From Naegleria gruberi (lineage: Eukaryota), in the NCBI GenBank assembly GCA_000004985.1, contig GG738885.1: DNA of 64,000 nt; one strand, 5' to 3'. The position numbers and the translations under genes were made by a program. Within the stretch, counting starts at the first letter, position 1, and each line of letters begins with the position of its first letter. This document shows, piece after piece, positions 43,300-54,000 of the stretch. Under the pieces are notes generated by a model. That model saw nothing but the letters and a program-made list of their open reading frames with translations, ran no database searches and was not told the DNA's origin.

Positions 43300-45576
43300 G
43301 TGGAGGGGAAATCTTTCTATCAACAATTCATCAAACATTGTCCAAACTTGAAATTAACAATTGAGCAACATGAATCAACCGATGAAGAAGGAGAACAAGA
43401 TAACCTCTCTGTTAATTTGAACTATTCAACTCTATTTAATTGTTATTTAAACGTAAAACACTTGTCCAAGATGGACCCAATGATATCTGGTGTGCTTGAT
43501 ATTCTCCAACAGAATCATCATCAAACAGAACCATTTAATGATTCCAATCATCCGATTCATCTTTACATGTTCCTTACAAGGAATGTCATTGAATATTTGG
43601 GAGAATGTTTAATTAATTTCATGGATCTGTACTTTGAATTCATTATTCAATTATTCATTTGTGGAAATGTTAGTAGGGGGGAATTATTGGCCAATCAACT
43701 ACTAGAGGACATGGAACAAATTTCCGAAGAGAGCTTCATCTTGTTGGAAAACATGTTGAATGAAATTTACATATTTGGTATCGATTTTCAGGATGAATTT
43801 ATAACAAGCAAGCAAAAACTGTCCAAATTAATCAATTTAATATTTGGAGTGATTTATTTCAATAAGGGTAACGAGACCAAATACCTGCAATATATGGAAC
43901 GTGTATATTCTGACGAAATAATCGAAAGGAAAATACTGAGAGTGATCTTCTTGAATAGAATAGGAGATTTTGAGAAGGCCTATGAAGTAGTGAAAGGCCT
44001 GATTCATTTCCATGATTTTTACAAATACCTTGATGAATATTGCAAGACCATGATAGGACTGAATAGAACCGAAGAGCTCTTCCAAGACCTAGAACCGATA
44101 GTGAGTGTCAAGATTCAAGAAAGTGATGCTAGAACTTTTGTACAGGAGAATTTTGGAGTAATTTATTGCCTCTACCTTTCTGCCAGCTTATCAGGTAGGC
44201 TTAATGAATTGGAGCATTTGAACAAATATAATGTAGAATATGCAGCTTGCTTTAGTAACAAGCTTAAAATTCTCAAATGCTACGCGAAATTCCAAATAAG
44301 CATGTCATATGGATTTTTAGAGCAAATGAATCGATCCTCATTCGTTCTACTTAATAGTTATTGCTTGTCAATGTTTGATTCCAACAATCAGTTCATGCAG
44401 CAAAGTAAGGAACATACAAAAGTTATTCATGGAGATCAATTGAAACTTTTCGTTAACATGTACTCTACAACAAGTTTCCGATTCCAAGTTGATTTTGATT
44501 TTTCCAAATTGATTTCTAATGAAGCAATTCTAACTGAATTCAAATATTCCTACAATCCAAAAAATCTTTCTCTGCTCTATGACCCAGAGAACAGTCCAGA
44601 GAGGGAAATATATAGCGATAATACCACCAAAGTATTTGCCAATCTTGATAGTGTTTATATTTGTAAACCTGATGATTGTTGGGCAAAAGAAATGCCTACT
44701 GAATATGGATCACAAATCATCTGCTACAAGAACCATTTACTACTCAAGAAGGACTTTTCCATAAAGTCAGTATCATTCAATAATGGAAAGGAAAAGAAGC
44801 TTAAATTATCTAACTGTAGATCACTTGATGTGAAATATGATACAGAGAATTGGATTTCCTTTTTATTTAATAGAGAAGATGAGAATTTAATAGCTCTTGG
44901 ACAGGACTGTGGGCCGAGTATTATAGCTTCTTCCCTGCACGGTGTAGATATTGTGAGTTTTGAGGAAATTGAGGATGGCATTGCATGTTATTTAGCGATT
45001 GAAAGATTACCATCACGAACATCTAATATATGTAAATACTACATCAGTGTTGAAAATGGGCATTTACATCAAAGAAAGGTATTATTTTCAGATGATAATC
45101 ACTTCTCGATTGATTTTTATCACGAGAAGGAGAAAATTATTGGCTATTCCTGCCCTGAACATTTACAATTTTACAATGTCAACACAAATAAGTTGCTCTA
45201 TCAAACGACTGTAAAATCATTATATTTACTTGACCAATTTCAAGACATGATTCTAATTGCAAGCGATGTGGAAAAAAGATTAATGGTATTTAATCTGAGT
45301 AAGGATTCAGTTAAGGTACTTGTAGATTTATCCTACAAGAATAGCCCTTCAATTGTGCTAGGAAGATTTTGTGGATCTCGTTCGTTCATTATTGAAAGAG
45401 AAGACACCACCCTCTATGAGTACTCTTTATCCAATGGTGAATGTCTTGCTGTTTATCCCTTCAAGATTAATTTTACAACATCTGTGGAATATTTCGAGCA
45501 TTCCCCTTCACAAAAGAGATTTCTTCTCGTATTGGAACTTGATTGCATTCATCTCATTGAATTGTCATCAATTTAA
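43300..45576 (+). CDS. Hypothetical protein (758-aa ORF; helical N-half, possible beta-rich C-half)
   Basis: A long uninterrupted ORF with no motif I recognise. The track start at 43300 is GTG, so the true start and any upstream exon in 42950..43250 are unresolved. Confidence 0.35.
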   Translation: MEGKSFYQQFIKHCPNLKLTIEQHESTDEEGEQDNLSVNLNYSTLFNCYLNVKHLSKMDPMISGVLDILQQNHHQTEPFNDSNHPIHLYMFLTRNVIEYLGECLINFMDLYFEFIIQLFICGNVSRGELLANQLLEDMEQISEESFILLENMLNEIYIFGIDFQDEFITSKQKLSKLINLIFGVIYFNKGNETKYLQYMERVYSDEIIERKILRVIFLNRIGDFEKAYEVVKGLIHFHDFYKYLDEYCKTMIGLNRTEELFQDLEPIVSVKIQESDARTFVQENFGVIYCLYLSASLSGRLNELEHLNKYNVEYAACFSNKLKILKCYAKFQISMSYGFLEQMNRSSFVLLNSYCLSMFDSNNQFMQQSKEHTKVIHGDQLKLFVNMYSTTSFRFQVDFDFSKLISNEAILTEFKYSYNPKNLSLLYDPENSPEREIYSDNTTKVFANLDSVYICKPDDCWAKEMPTEYGSQIICYKNHLLLKKDFSIKSVSFNNGKEKKLKLSNCRSLDVKYDTENWISFLFNREDENLIALGQDCGPSIIASSLHGVDIVSFEEIEDGIACYLAIERLPSRTSNICKYYISVENGHLHQRKVLFSDDNHFSIDFYHEKEKIIGYSCPEHLQFYNVNTNKLLYQTTVKSLYLLDQFQDMILIASDVEKRLMVFNLSKDSVKVLVDLSYKNSPSIVLGRFCGSRSFIIEREDTTLYEYSLSNGECLAVYPFKINFTTSVEYFEHSPSQKRFLLVLELDCIHLIELSSI

Positions 45577-46371
45577 CTGTATTTGCGTAACAGAAGCTTG
45601 CGATCAATTTATGAAACACAATAGTTGGATTAATATTACAAAAGAGTCACATTACTATGAATGTTATTATTTATTAAATGGATGGTGAACTTTTAAAAGT
45701 AACATGTTAATACCCAAGGGTAATATCCAACAACAGAGAACATATCATCTATTGAAATGGTAAAGAATCTTTTTATGATTAATCACTCTGTCATTAAAAC
45801 ATCCAACAAAACATTAATTTACAGTGTATTGAATTCAACTAAACTACATGAACATTTGAAACATTTTATTTAATTCAAAATTTAAGAGTGATTGGAAACT
45901 GTAGCAAGTTGAAGAATAATAGGTCACATGTTCCCAATTTGGTTTCAAAGTCAAAAATCGTCGAAAGTCACAACCAAAACAATAATGCTCCTAGACATTT
46001 AAGAACAACCCTCCAGCAAGATATGACATTAGCCCTTCTATTAGAAACCTTCAAGAAGAAAAAAGAAAAAAAACATCTCTTACTAAACTCTGAGTTTCTC
46101 TCATCCTCTTGATTGAAACGATAGAATAATCTAATACCACACACTCTCTATTGTTAATACCACTCCAAACGACTATTGTGTTCCAGGGTAATATCAGCTT
46201 ACACTCAACATTTTTTGGATTTATCCAGCCAACATATCAAAATCTTGAAAGTTATTGCTGGCATTTTACTAAAAAACAAGGCAACGAAGGTCTCATCATT
46301 CTCTTCTTCTATTTATCCTAAACTTTGATCTGTTTATTTCATCATCGAACAACTTTCGTCTACTTTATCTC

Positions 46372-48624
46372 ATGACCTTTCTAACACCAACTGTTGATAA
46401 CAGTACCACATCTACTCGAAAGAATAGTACACTTCTGACCCCTCCTCCAACTGGAACCAAATCACCTTCTTCCACAACACATTCAGCCACCAATCCAACA
46501 AACCAAGACGAAACTCGATCAGCAGTCTCTAAAGCAGGAGGAAATTCTTCTATTGAAAATGGCAACATTAAGAAGGAATTATACATGAAGAGAAAGAGAA
46601 TCACATTACTGAGCAGTATCTTGGGTTTAATATTTGCAGTATTAGCTGTTGCTGTTCTGTCACCAATCATTGTCATTGTCATTCACTCATTGGAAAAACA
46701 GAGAAAAGATGGATATGTAGAGAGAGTGAAACAGATTGCAATTACTGCAGAGCTGCTAATCAGAAAACAAGTTGAAGTTTCGTTTGGTTCTCTACAAATT
46801 ATGAGTCAAGTCGCCCAAGAATGGAATTATTCGATTAATTTGGAAAGATTTAACAATTTTGCTTCAAGGTTGACCAAAGATTTTCCAGAATTGAATACTT
46901 TTGAGTATGCTCTGACGGATGAGTTTGTTTTGGAGTATATTTATCCATTGGCAGGATTGGAATTTATGATTGGACATCACATGGGTCTTAATACGTATGT
47001 AATTTTTACAATTTTTGTAATTTTTTAATTTTTTAAATATTTTGTAATTTATTTAATAATATTTAATAATATTTAATTTGAAATTGTAAAATATTGAATG
47101 AAATTGTATTGAAATAGACCTGCTCATACAACAATTATTAAGGAAGCAGTTGCTACGAAAAAGACAAAAATCTTTGGACCAATCAATATGATCAATTTGG
47201 ATCCTAATTCTGTGGCTGTAATTGCTCAGAATCCAATTTACTATCCGAATGGAACTTTCTTTGGTTTGAGTGTGGAACTGTTCGATTTTATGAAACTATT
47301 CGAAACTATAGATTTACACACAGTTCTATCAGGATTCCAATACCAACTATTCGAATATGCTCAAAATCAAATCTTTATGCAAAATCTCAATGGAACCAAA
47401 TCAGGAACCATTGGAACTATAGGAAATCCCAATGTGAAATATTTAACAGATTCAATCGAACGAAACATGACAGTCATGAACAGTAATTGGAAAATTATCC
47501 TTCGTCCAATTGATGGCTGGGACACTGACAGCTTACTCTGGCTTGAAGTCTGCATTGGCATTGCAGTTGCCTTAGTAGTTTTCATTCTCGTCATTTTAGG
47601 AGTCAACCAATTGGTTCAAGATTATTTCAGAAAGAAGGAATATCAATATATTCAAGATAGTTTGGAAATGAAAGTTAAGGAGAGAACGAAAGATTTGGCT
47701 AGCTCACATTCTCAATTATTGTTGCTTTTGGATAGAATTTCATTTGAGGAGCAGAGAACGAAAAAGATTATGAATTCTCTGGAAGATTCGGTTATCACGA
47801 TTGATTCGTCAGCTATGGGAAAGATTATACATTCGAATAATGCATTTTTTAAGAATTTTGGATATACTGATTCGGATTTGATTAGAAATTTGTCAATTTC
47901 AACTCTTTTACCAAAGTTAAATTTGAGTACGATTGTGACAGAGTTGAAGAATCAAGCCGATTTGAAAGTAGCCGAAACTACTGCCAATACAAAGACAGGA
48001 GTTTCGCTCAATGTGAAAGTTTCCATCTCCATGAGTCAAATTTACAATCAACCTTCCAATAATCAACAAAATTCGATTGGTCAACCAGGAATTCCAACCA
48101 TTACCATCACAGACGAAAAGGAAAGAGAAATGGCAACCATCAGAGAATGCAAACTCCAAACTGTCTACGTTATCCTAATCCACATCCTCGACACAATCAT
48201 CCATCCAACAGGTTTCAACGAACACTATCAACTCACCAACCAAATCACAAATGAATTTCTGGAATTTTTCACAGATATTGAAAATCGAAAGAAATTTAAA
48301 GAATTTTGCTCGACTGAAAGAAACGATGAAAATATTTGCTTTTTGGAAGATGTGGAATTTTACAAAAGTTTGGGGAATATTCAAGAAAGAGTTACAATGC
48401 AAGAGGAAATGTATAACAAGTATCTTAAGGCTAATTCTCCAAAACAGTTGAATATTTCAAAGAAACAATTAGAAACTCATTCGTTCAAGATTAGTCGAGG
48501 TTTGGGAGAATTTGAACTGTTTGACGAGTTGGAGAGGACTGTTATCTTGACAGTTTCAATGGATAGCTTTAAGAGATGGCAAGAGAAGGAGAGAAGAAAT
48601 GAGGATCATCTCAATTATCTGTAA
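46372..48624 (+). CDS. Two-TM sensor protein: extracytoplasmic CHASE-like domain - TM - coiled coil - PAS - C-terminal RGS domain
   Basis: Two exons, 46372..46994 and 47118..48624. The intron 46995..47117 runs GTATGT..AATAG and is phase 2. The Ser/Thr-rich N-terminus leads into TM1 (ITLLSSILGLIFAVLAVAVLSPIIVIVI). An extracytoplasmic domain of about 270 aa follows (...IMSQVAQEWNYS...PAHTTIIKEAVATKKTKIFGPINMINLDPNSVAVIAQNPIYY...), then TM2 (LLWLEVCIGIAVALVVFILVILGV). A PAS-like block (LEDSVITIDSSAMGKIIHSNNAFFKNFGYTDSDLI) and an RGS-like C-terminus (NDENICFLEDVEFYKSL...FELFDELERTVILTVSMDSFKRW) complete it. Confidence 0.55.
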
Positions 48625-48727
48625 TTTTATAAATTCTATTCGAATCCATTCGAAACTCTTTTCAAAGGTTACACATGGTACTCAGACGTTGTACGCACTG
48701 TATGAACTTTTTAAAGTTACAAAAAAA

Positions 48728-49291
48728 ATGCAACAACTTCTCCATACGTTATCCAAACACTTGCCAAGGAAACAAATCTTTCACTCATTGAACGATCAAA
48801 CAAACGTTCTAATTTTGGAAAGATTCAATTTATTATCTTTTGAAAATGGACCTGGTTTAGTGTTACATCGATTTGTGCATTCAGATCCTGATAGAGGGTA
48901 TCATGATCATCCGTGGAGGTTTGGCATTAGTTTGATATTAAGTGGTTCGTATAGGGAAATTAAAGTTTCGCATTCGAATAAAAAGATGAGTGAGAAGGAG
49001 TTTCGTGCAGGAAGTGTTAATTATTTCAGTGGGAAGGATTATCACCGAGTCTTGCTGAAACCTCAACCGAATGAGAATAAGGAAATCAAGGAATTGGATG
49101 AAAATAATGAGGAAATTGTGGACGAATGTGAGGTGTGGACTTTATTCTTTCATTGGAAACGAGTTAAAATGTGGGGATTCCTCAAAGAGGAAGAAACCTC
49201 TCCGGATGGATGGAAATTCAATCAATACAGCAAGACAGTGGAAGATATGGATGGTGCTTGGTGGAAGGATGAAATCAAAGTAAAGAATTAA
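48728..49291 (+). CDS. Hypothetical protein (HDHPW / aromatic-rich motif protein)
   Basis: The ORF-track entry 48599..49291 overlaps the upstream gene; the first ATG is at 48728. Motifs that look conserved are LVLHRFVHSDPDRGYHDHPWRFGISLILSGSYRE and VWTLFFHWKRVKMWGF. I recognise no family. Confidence 0.3.
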   Translation: MQQLLHTLSKHLPRKQIFHSLNDQTNVLILERFNLLSFENGPGLVLHRFVHSDPDRGYHDHPWRFGISLILSGSYREIKVSHSNKKMSEKEFRAGSVNYFSGKDYHRVLLKPQPNENKEIKELDENNEEIVDECEVWTLFFHWKRVKMWGFLKEEETSPDGWKFNQYSKTVEDMDGAWWKDEIKVKN

Positions 49292-49483
49292 AGTTATTTA
49301 TTTTTTTTCAGAAATTATATAGGTTACTGAACTGAGGCAATTTTCTCAATAGGTTCAAATTGTCAGCCAGAGAAAGTAGATTAGATATGATATTACGTGA
49401 TATATAATATTCATATGTAGACACGCATTTTTCCAATGAACATTTTTAATATTCCTTATTATCATTGTATTATCAATATGAAT

Positions 49484-49601
49484 GGCTACGGCCATATCAC
49501 GATTCATGCACCTCATCCCGTCCGATTTGAGAAGTTAAGCATCGTCGAGCCACATCAGTACTGAGGTTGGAGACAACTTGGGAACCTGTGGTGCTGTAGT
49601 C
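49484..49601 (+). rRNA. 5S ribosomal RNA gene
   Basis: GGCTACGGCCATATCACGATTCATGCACCTCATCCCGTCCGATTTGAGAAGTTAAGCATCGTCGAGCCACATCAGTACTGAGGTTGGAGACAACTTGGGAACCTGTGGTGCTGTAGTC aligns with eukaryotic 5S along its length. Matching blocks include GCGGCCATA, CCCGTCCGAT, AAGTTAAGC, the AGTA loop and the GGTGCTGTAG 3' end. A TTTTT Pol III terminator lies at 49602..49606. Confidence 0.9.
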
Positions 49602-49877
49602 TTTTTGCCTTATCAGAATGTGATACTAGTGTTACTTATCAAGTTTGCCATCTTTATGGTCAATCCAGTTTGCTTCTCTCTTTCTTTCCATTATTCCAAA
49701 CAGCTTCGTTGGATTGATTACCTACATTGCTCCATCATCAATTAGTAATTAAGATTCACTACATGTTCAATAATTGTACTAGGCATTATTATTTATTAAA
49801 ATACCACAAACATTTAGCCAATCCTCACTCGACAACAAACAGAATAAATACAATGATCCTTATGTAATACTCAAAAC

Positions 49878-50065
49878 CATCTTTCTCGGCCAATTGGCTT
49901 TGATCGAGTATCTATTCTTTTCAGTTTAATAGCTGAAAGCAGCCCACGGGTTGCATTACTATTAACTCAATTTTTTGTAGGGATCAGGGGTTGAGCTTAA
50001 TTGCTCACTTTGATTTGGTTTCAATCAGACATTGCACAAACCGTCAGATTAGGAGCCACCCAACT
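49878..50065 (+). ncRNA. U2 spliceosomal snRNA gene (variant branch-point-interaction region)
   Basis: ATCTTTCTCGGCCAATTGGCTTTGATCGAGTATCTATTCTTTTCAGTTTAATAGCTGAAAG parallels the U2 5' end (AUCGCUUCUCGGCCUUUUGGCUAAGAUCAAGUGUAGUAUCUGUUCUUAUCAGUUUAAUAUCUGAUA). An Sm site AATTTTTTG is present. The 3' stem-loops end ...GGAGCCACCC, compared with ...GGUGCACCC in human. Total length is about 188 nt. The GUAGUA hexamer region reads CGAGUA and is 5 nt shorter. Confidence 0.6.
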
Positions 50066-51072
50066 CTTTTTATTAATTGAAAATTCATTGCGCATTGAGA
50101 ATCTCAATCAGAGTAAAATTGAGTTTTTTTTCAAATTCCGAGCTTGTATGATGACGAAGATATTAAATTAAATAATAGTAAGCATGATGAGGGACCCAAA
50201 CCATGAACAAGATGGAGGATAAATTGAATCCATCAAATATCAAATGCAGTCCTCCAACTTCGTGTACTGCATTCATTAAGGCTGCTCCTTCATTGAAAGT
50301 AGAAACAAAAAAACAATTAGTTCCTTTGAATACAAACAAAATTCTGGATAACTTTCATTGTTTAAAGAAAAATGGAAGGTAAAGCACAAGAAATCCAAAA
50401 TGTAATTTCATTAAAGTGAAAAACATTATTTGGTAAATTTGTTCAATTTCAAGAGGCACAAGATTTATTACTGGACAAAGCAGTATTAAAATACATCAGA
50501 TGCATAGAAAACGTTCATTGGTTTTTTGAGCTCAACTTTGCCAAGTTCAGTTGAGTATCTGCTTGTGATTTTTGCAGAAAATAGGTCAGTATAATCTGAG
50601 GTTATCTTCTTTATGGTTTTAAGAGATGATCATTTGAAAATCGAGAATTAGGTAGACTAGATGCTTTTATCGATATTTTGAATATTAAAATTAAGAGATG
50701 AAGTGAAAAATTAATCTCGAGTGCCGGGAATTGAAACGCTCCTGCCTTTTGGTTGAAGTAAAATTTCAAACAACCTTCACTGCAATTCTTCTTCTTTGTG
50801 TTATTAAAAAAACAAAAGGCATTGAGAGCATTCAAATTGAATTTGCTTCAAAACAGACTTTCTTAAATCATTTATATCCACTCTAGATACCTTACTTAAA
50901 TTATCAAGTGCTGACGGATCATATCTCTCTTATATAGTACAGTATCGAGAAATTTAAGTTAATGGAAGGAACATTAGGTAAAGGTAATGACTCGAAAGCA
51001 TCTCCAAAATTCCACATACACGATTTCACAATTTTCAAATATTCTTTTGAATTGGTTTATTTAGCAATCACA

Positions 51073-51981
51073 TTATGATCCACCTCCACTCACTCCATCA
51101 TAAATAATTTCAGTCTTTCTCAATAATTCTCTATCCTCCACTGTGGTGACATTCCTTTCCCTCCAATTTTCATAAAAGTTTCTCATAATTGAGGCACACA
51201 AATTTCCCTCATACTTATTACATCCAGCCAAGTGAAATATAAATGATTTACCCTCCCTATAATCATACATGTACGAATTGAGGAATGATTTCAAGGCAAC
51301 TCGAACATTCTGAGATTTTCCATGTTCGAGTTCCATAGCGAGTGGAGTTTGTTCTGCATACCAATGCATGGAATAGAGAAAGTATTTCCAACTGAGTACA
51401 TTATTCAATATCTGATGTGACCATTTACAATTTCTAATAGCCATTATTCCACTATTCAATCCATTTCTATCATATGAAATGATTAGGTTAATTTCTCTAT
51501 TCTTATTCGGATCTCGTTTCAACGATTCCTCAATAATTTGATCCAAATCAACTTGATGCAATAACACAAGTGCATCAGAATCAATCCAAATAATCCAATC
51601 ATAACTACTCAATTGACTTTTGATAAGTGGAATCTTATTCCAAGCAGGTTTCACAAACCATGATTTATAGAAAGGTTGATTGAATAGGATAAAATCATAA
51701 TTATGTTTTAGAGAGTAGAAAATCTTGTTCAGACTTGTCATTCGTCCAATTTCTTGAAAGCTTTTCGTATGGAATGAAACGATTGCAATTTTAGCTTTCG
51801 AATATTTGTTTCGGATTATGATTGGATGAAGAAAAGTTAATTTTTCATCAATATTTGGTTGATAGAGAATGAAGAGAAATATATACACGAGACAACTAGA
51901 TATTGTCAGTAAAATAAAGGAAAGTATTGTTCTACGTCTTGTTATCCACATTTTTTTTAATATTCGAATAGACAGAGACAA
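51073..51981 (-). CDS. Type II membrane glycosyltransferase, GT34-like (Mnn10/Gma12-type alpha-1,6-mannosyl/galactosyl-transferase family)
   Basis: An N-terminal signal-anchor (ILSFILLTISSCLVYIFLFILY) is followed by AKIAIVSF...YDWIIWIDSDALV (DxD motif) and a C-terminal HLAGC block, consistent with the GT34 fold. Confidence 0.55.
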   Translation of the reverse strand: MSLSIRILKKMWITRRRTILSFILLTISSCLVYIFLFILYQPNIDEKLTFLHPIIIRNKYSKAKIAIVSFHTKSFQEIGRMTSLNKIFYSLKHNYDFILFNQPFYKSWFVKPAWNKIPLIKSQLSSYDWIIWIDSDALVLLHQVDLDQIIEESLKRDPNKNREINLIISYDRNGLNSGIMAIRNCKWSHQILNNVLSWKYFLYSMHWYAEQTPLAMELEHGKSQNVRVALKSFLNSYMYDYREGKSFIFHLAGCNKYEGNLCASIMRNFYENWRERNVTTVEDRELLRKTEIIYDGVSGGGS

Positions 51982-52449
51982 ATGACATTTATTTACTTCT
52001 TTGATGTTTGTTAAATAACAATAATTTAATAGTACTCACGTTAACTGGATACAACAAGCTCCTCTGGATTTGTTTCATTTAATATTTGGAATCAATTTAA
52101 TGGAAGCAGCTGTGGGAATTTCAAGAGATGTACAACAACAGTTCCCAACTAATGAACTAGCAAGGTTTTTTAAAGAACAAGGTTTTAAATGTAAAACAAT
52201 GAAAGCATTTCTTCGTCAGTGAGGATTTTATTGGATTGGATTCTGGCTTGAAGAAAGTTTGGTTTCGTTTAAATATTCTTTGCATAATTCGAAACAGTTT
52301 ATCCATAATTTATCCAAATCCAAAATATCTTTTTGGGGAAAATTCAGAAGAGCAATTAGAGCAGCTCAATAAGGGTATGCTTTCAATCTTTTTTGTTAGG
52401 TGTGTTTATTGATTTAAAAATATACAAGGTGACTTACTTTCATACTTCC

Positions 52450-53340
52450 TGTATAATACTACTTAGTACTAAGTGATGTTAATTGTTTCATTTCACTTAT
52501 GAATTTGAATCCTTCTACACTAATTTGATTTCCACCAATATCAAGTGATTTTAATTGTCTCATTTCACTTATAAATTTGGCTCCTTCATCACCAATTTGA
52601 TTTCCACCAATAACAAGTGATTTTAATCGTTTCATTTCACTAATAAATTGACTCCTTCATCACCAATTCGATTGTTATAAATAGTCGAGTGATGTTAATT
52701 GTTTCATTTCACTTATTAATATGGCTCCTTCATCACCAACTCGATTTCTACCAATACCAAGTGATGTTAATCGTTTCATTTCGCTTATTGATTTGACTCC
52801 TTCATCACCAATTCTATTGTAACTAATATCAAGTGATGTTAATTGTTTCATTTCACTTATAAATATGGCTCCTTCATCACCAATTCGATTTTCAGAAATA
52901 TTAAGTGATGTTAATTGTTTCATTTCAATAATAAATTTGACTCCTTCATCACCAATTCGATTGTTATAAATATAAGTGATGTTAATTGTTTCATTTCGCT
53001 TATTGACTTGGCTCCTTCATCACCAATTCGATTTCCACCAATACCAAGTGATGTTAATCGTTTCATTTCACTTATTGATTTGACTCCTTCATCACCAATT
53101 CGATTGTTACTAATATCAAGTGATATTAACTGTTTCATTTCACTTATAAATTTGGCTCCTTCATCACCAATTCGATTTTACAAATATCAAGTGATGTTAA
53201 TTGTTTCATTTCAGTTATGAATGTGGGTTTTTCTATAGAGTCAAACAACCTTTTAGTAAATATAACATTAACAATACTATTCATAAATTGACTTTTCGTG
53301 AATAATTCATTCTTTTCACCAATTCTTTTTAAATATATCA
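52450..53340 (-). pseudogene. Frame-decayed partial duplicate of the downstream F-box/LRR gene's RNI-type LRR array
   Basis: About ten 84-bp LRR-coding units (MKQLTSLDISNNRIGDEGVKSISE consensus) are read on the minus strand. They are broken by at least four single-base indels relative to the intact units. At about 53180, attgttactaatatc reads attttacaaatatc. At about 52975, atagtaagtg reads atataagtg. At about 52685, atagtaagtg reads atagtcgagtg. At about 52640, aaatttgactcc reads aaattgactcc. The 5' boundary at about 53221..53300 duplicates the segment at 53941..54020. Confidence 0.5.
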
Positions 53341-54000
53341 AGTGATGTTAATCGTGTCATTTCACTTATGAACTTGACTCCTTCATCACCAATTTGATTT
53401 CCGCCAATATCAAGTGATTTTAATTGTTTCATTTCACATATAAATTTGGCTTCTTTATCACCAATTCGATTGTAACATATATCAAGTGATGTTAATTGTT
53501 TCAGTTCACTTATAAATATGGCTCCTTCGTCACCAATTCGATTTTCAGAAATATTAAGTGATGTTAATTGTTTCATTTCACTTATTGATTTGGCTCCTTC
53601 ATCACCAATTCGATTGTTATAAATAGTAAGTGATGTTAATTGTTTCATTTCACATATAAATTTGACTCCTTCATCACCAGTTTGATTGTTATTAATATCA
53701 AGTGATGTTAATTGTTTCATTTCGCTTATTGACTTGGCTCCTTCATCACCAATTTGATTTCCACCAATACCAAGTGATGTTAATCGTTTCATTTCAATTA
53801 TTGATTTGACTCCTTCATCACCAATTCCATTGTTATAAATACCAAGTGATATTAACTGTTTCATTTCACTTATAAATTTGACTCCTTCATCACCAATTCG
53901 ATTGTTACTAATATCAAGTGATGTTAATTGTTTCATTTCAGTTATGAATGTGGGTTTTTCTATAGAGTCAAACAACCTTTTAGAAAATTTAACATTAACA
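52450..54000. repeat. Tandem array of ~84-bp (28-codon) LRR-coding units; ~720-bp segmental tandem duplication
   Basis: Period-84 repetition is visible directly in the sequence (gtgatgttaattgtttcatttcacttataaat...ctccttcatcaccaattcgatt...). The block 53161..53300 recurs at 53881..54020. Confidence 0.7.

Noticed and set aside
50070-51072. Additional snRNA genes (U1, U4, U5, U6) next to the 5S-U2 pair
   Set aside because: I scanned both strands for hallmark motifs: ACTTACCTG for U1, GATACAGAGAAGATTAGCA for U6 and the CTTTTAC loop for U5. I found only a weak GCCTTTTGGTTGAAG at about 50745 that does not fit U5. No call is made.
52915-53341. ORFs 52915..53220 (+), 52920..53138 (-), 53144..53341 (-) and 52675..52923 (-)
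   Set aside because: They are fragments or alternative frames of the decayed LRR array, not independent genes.
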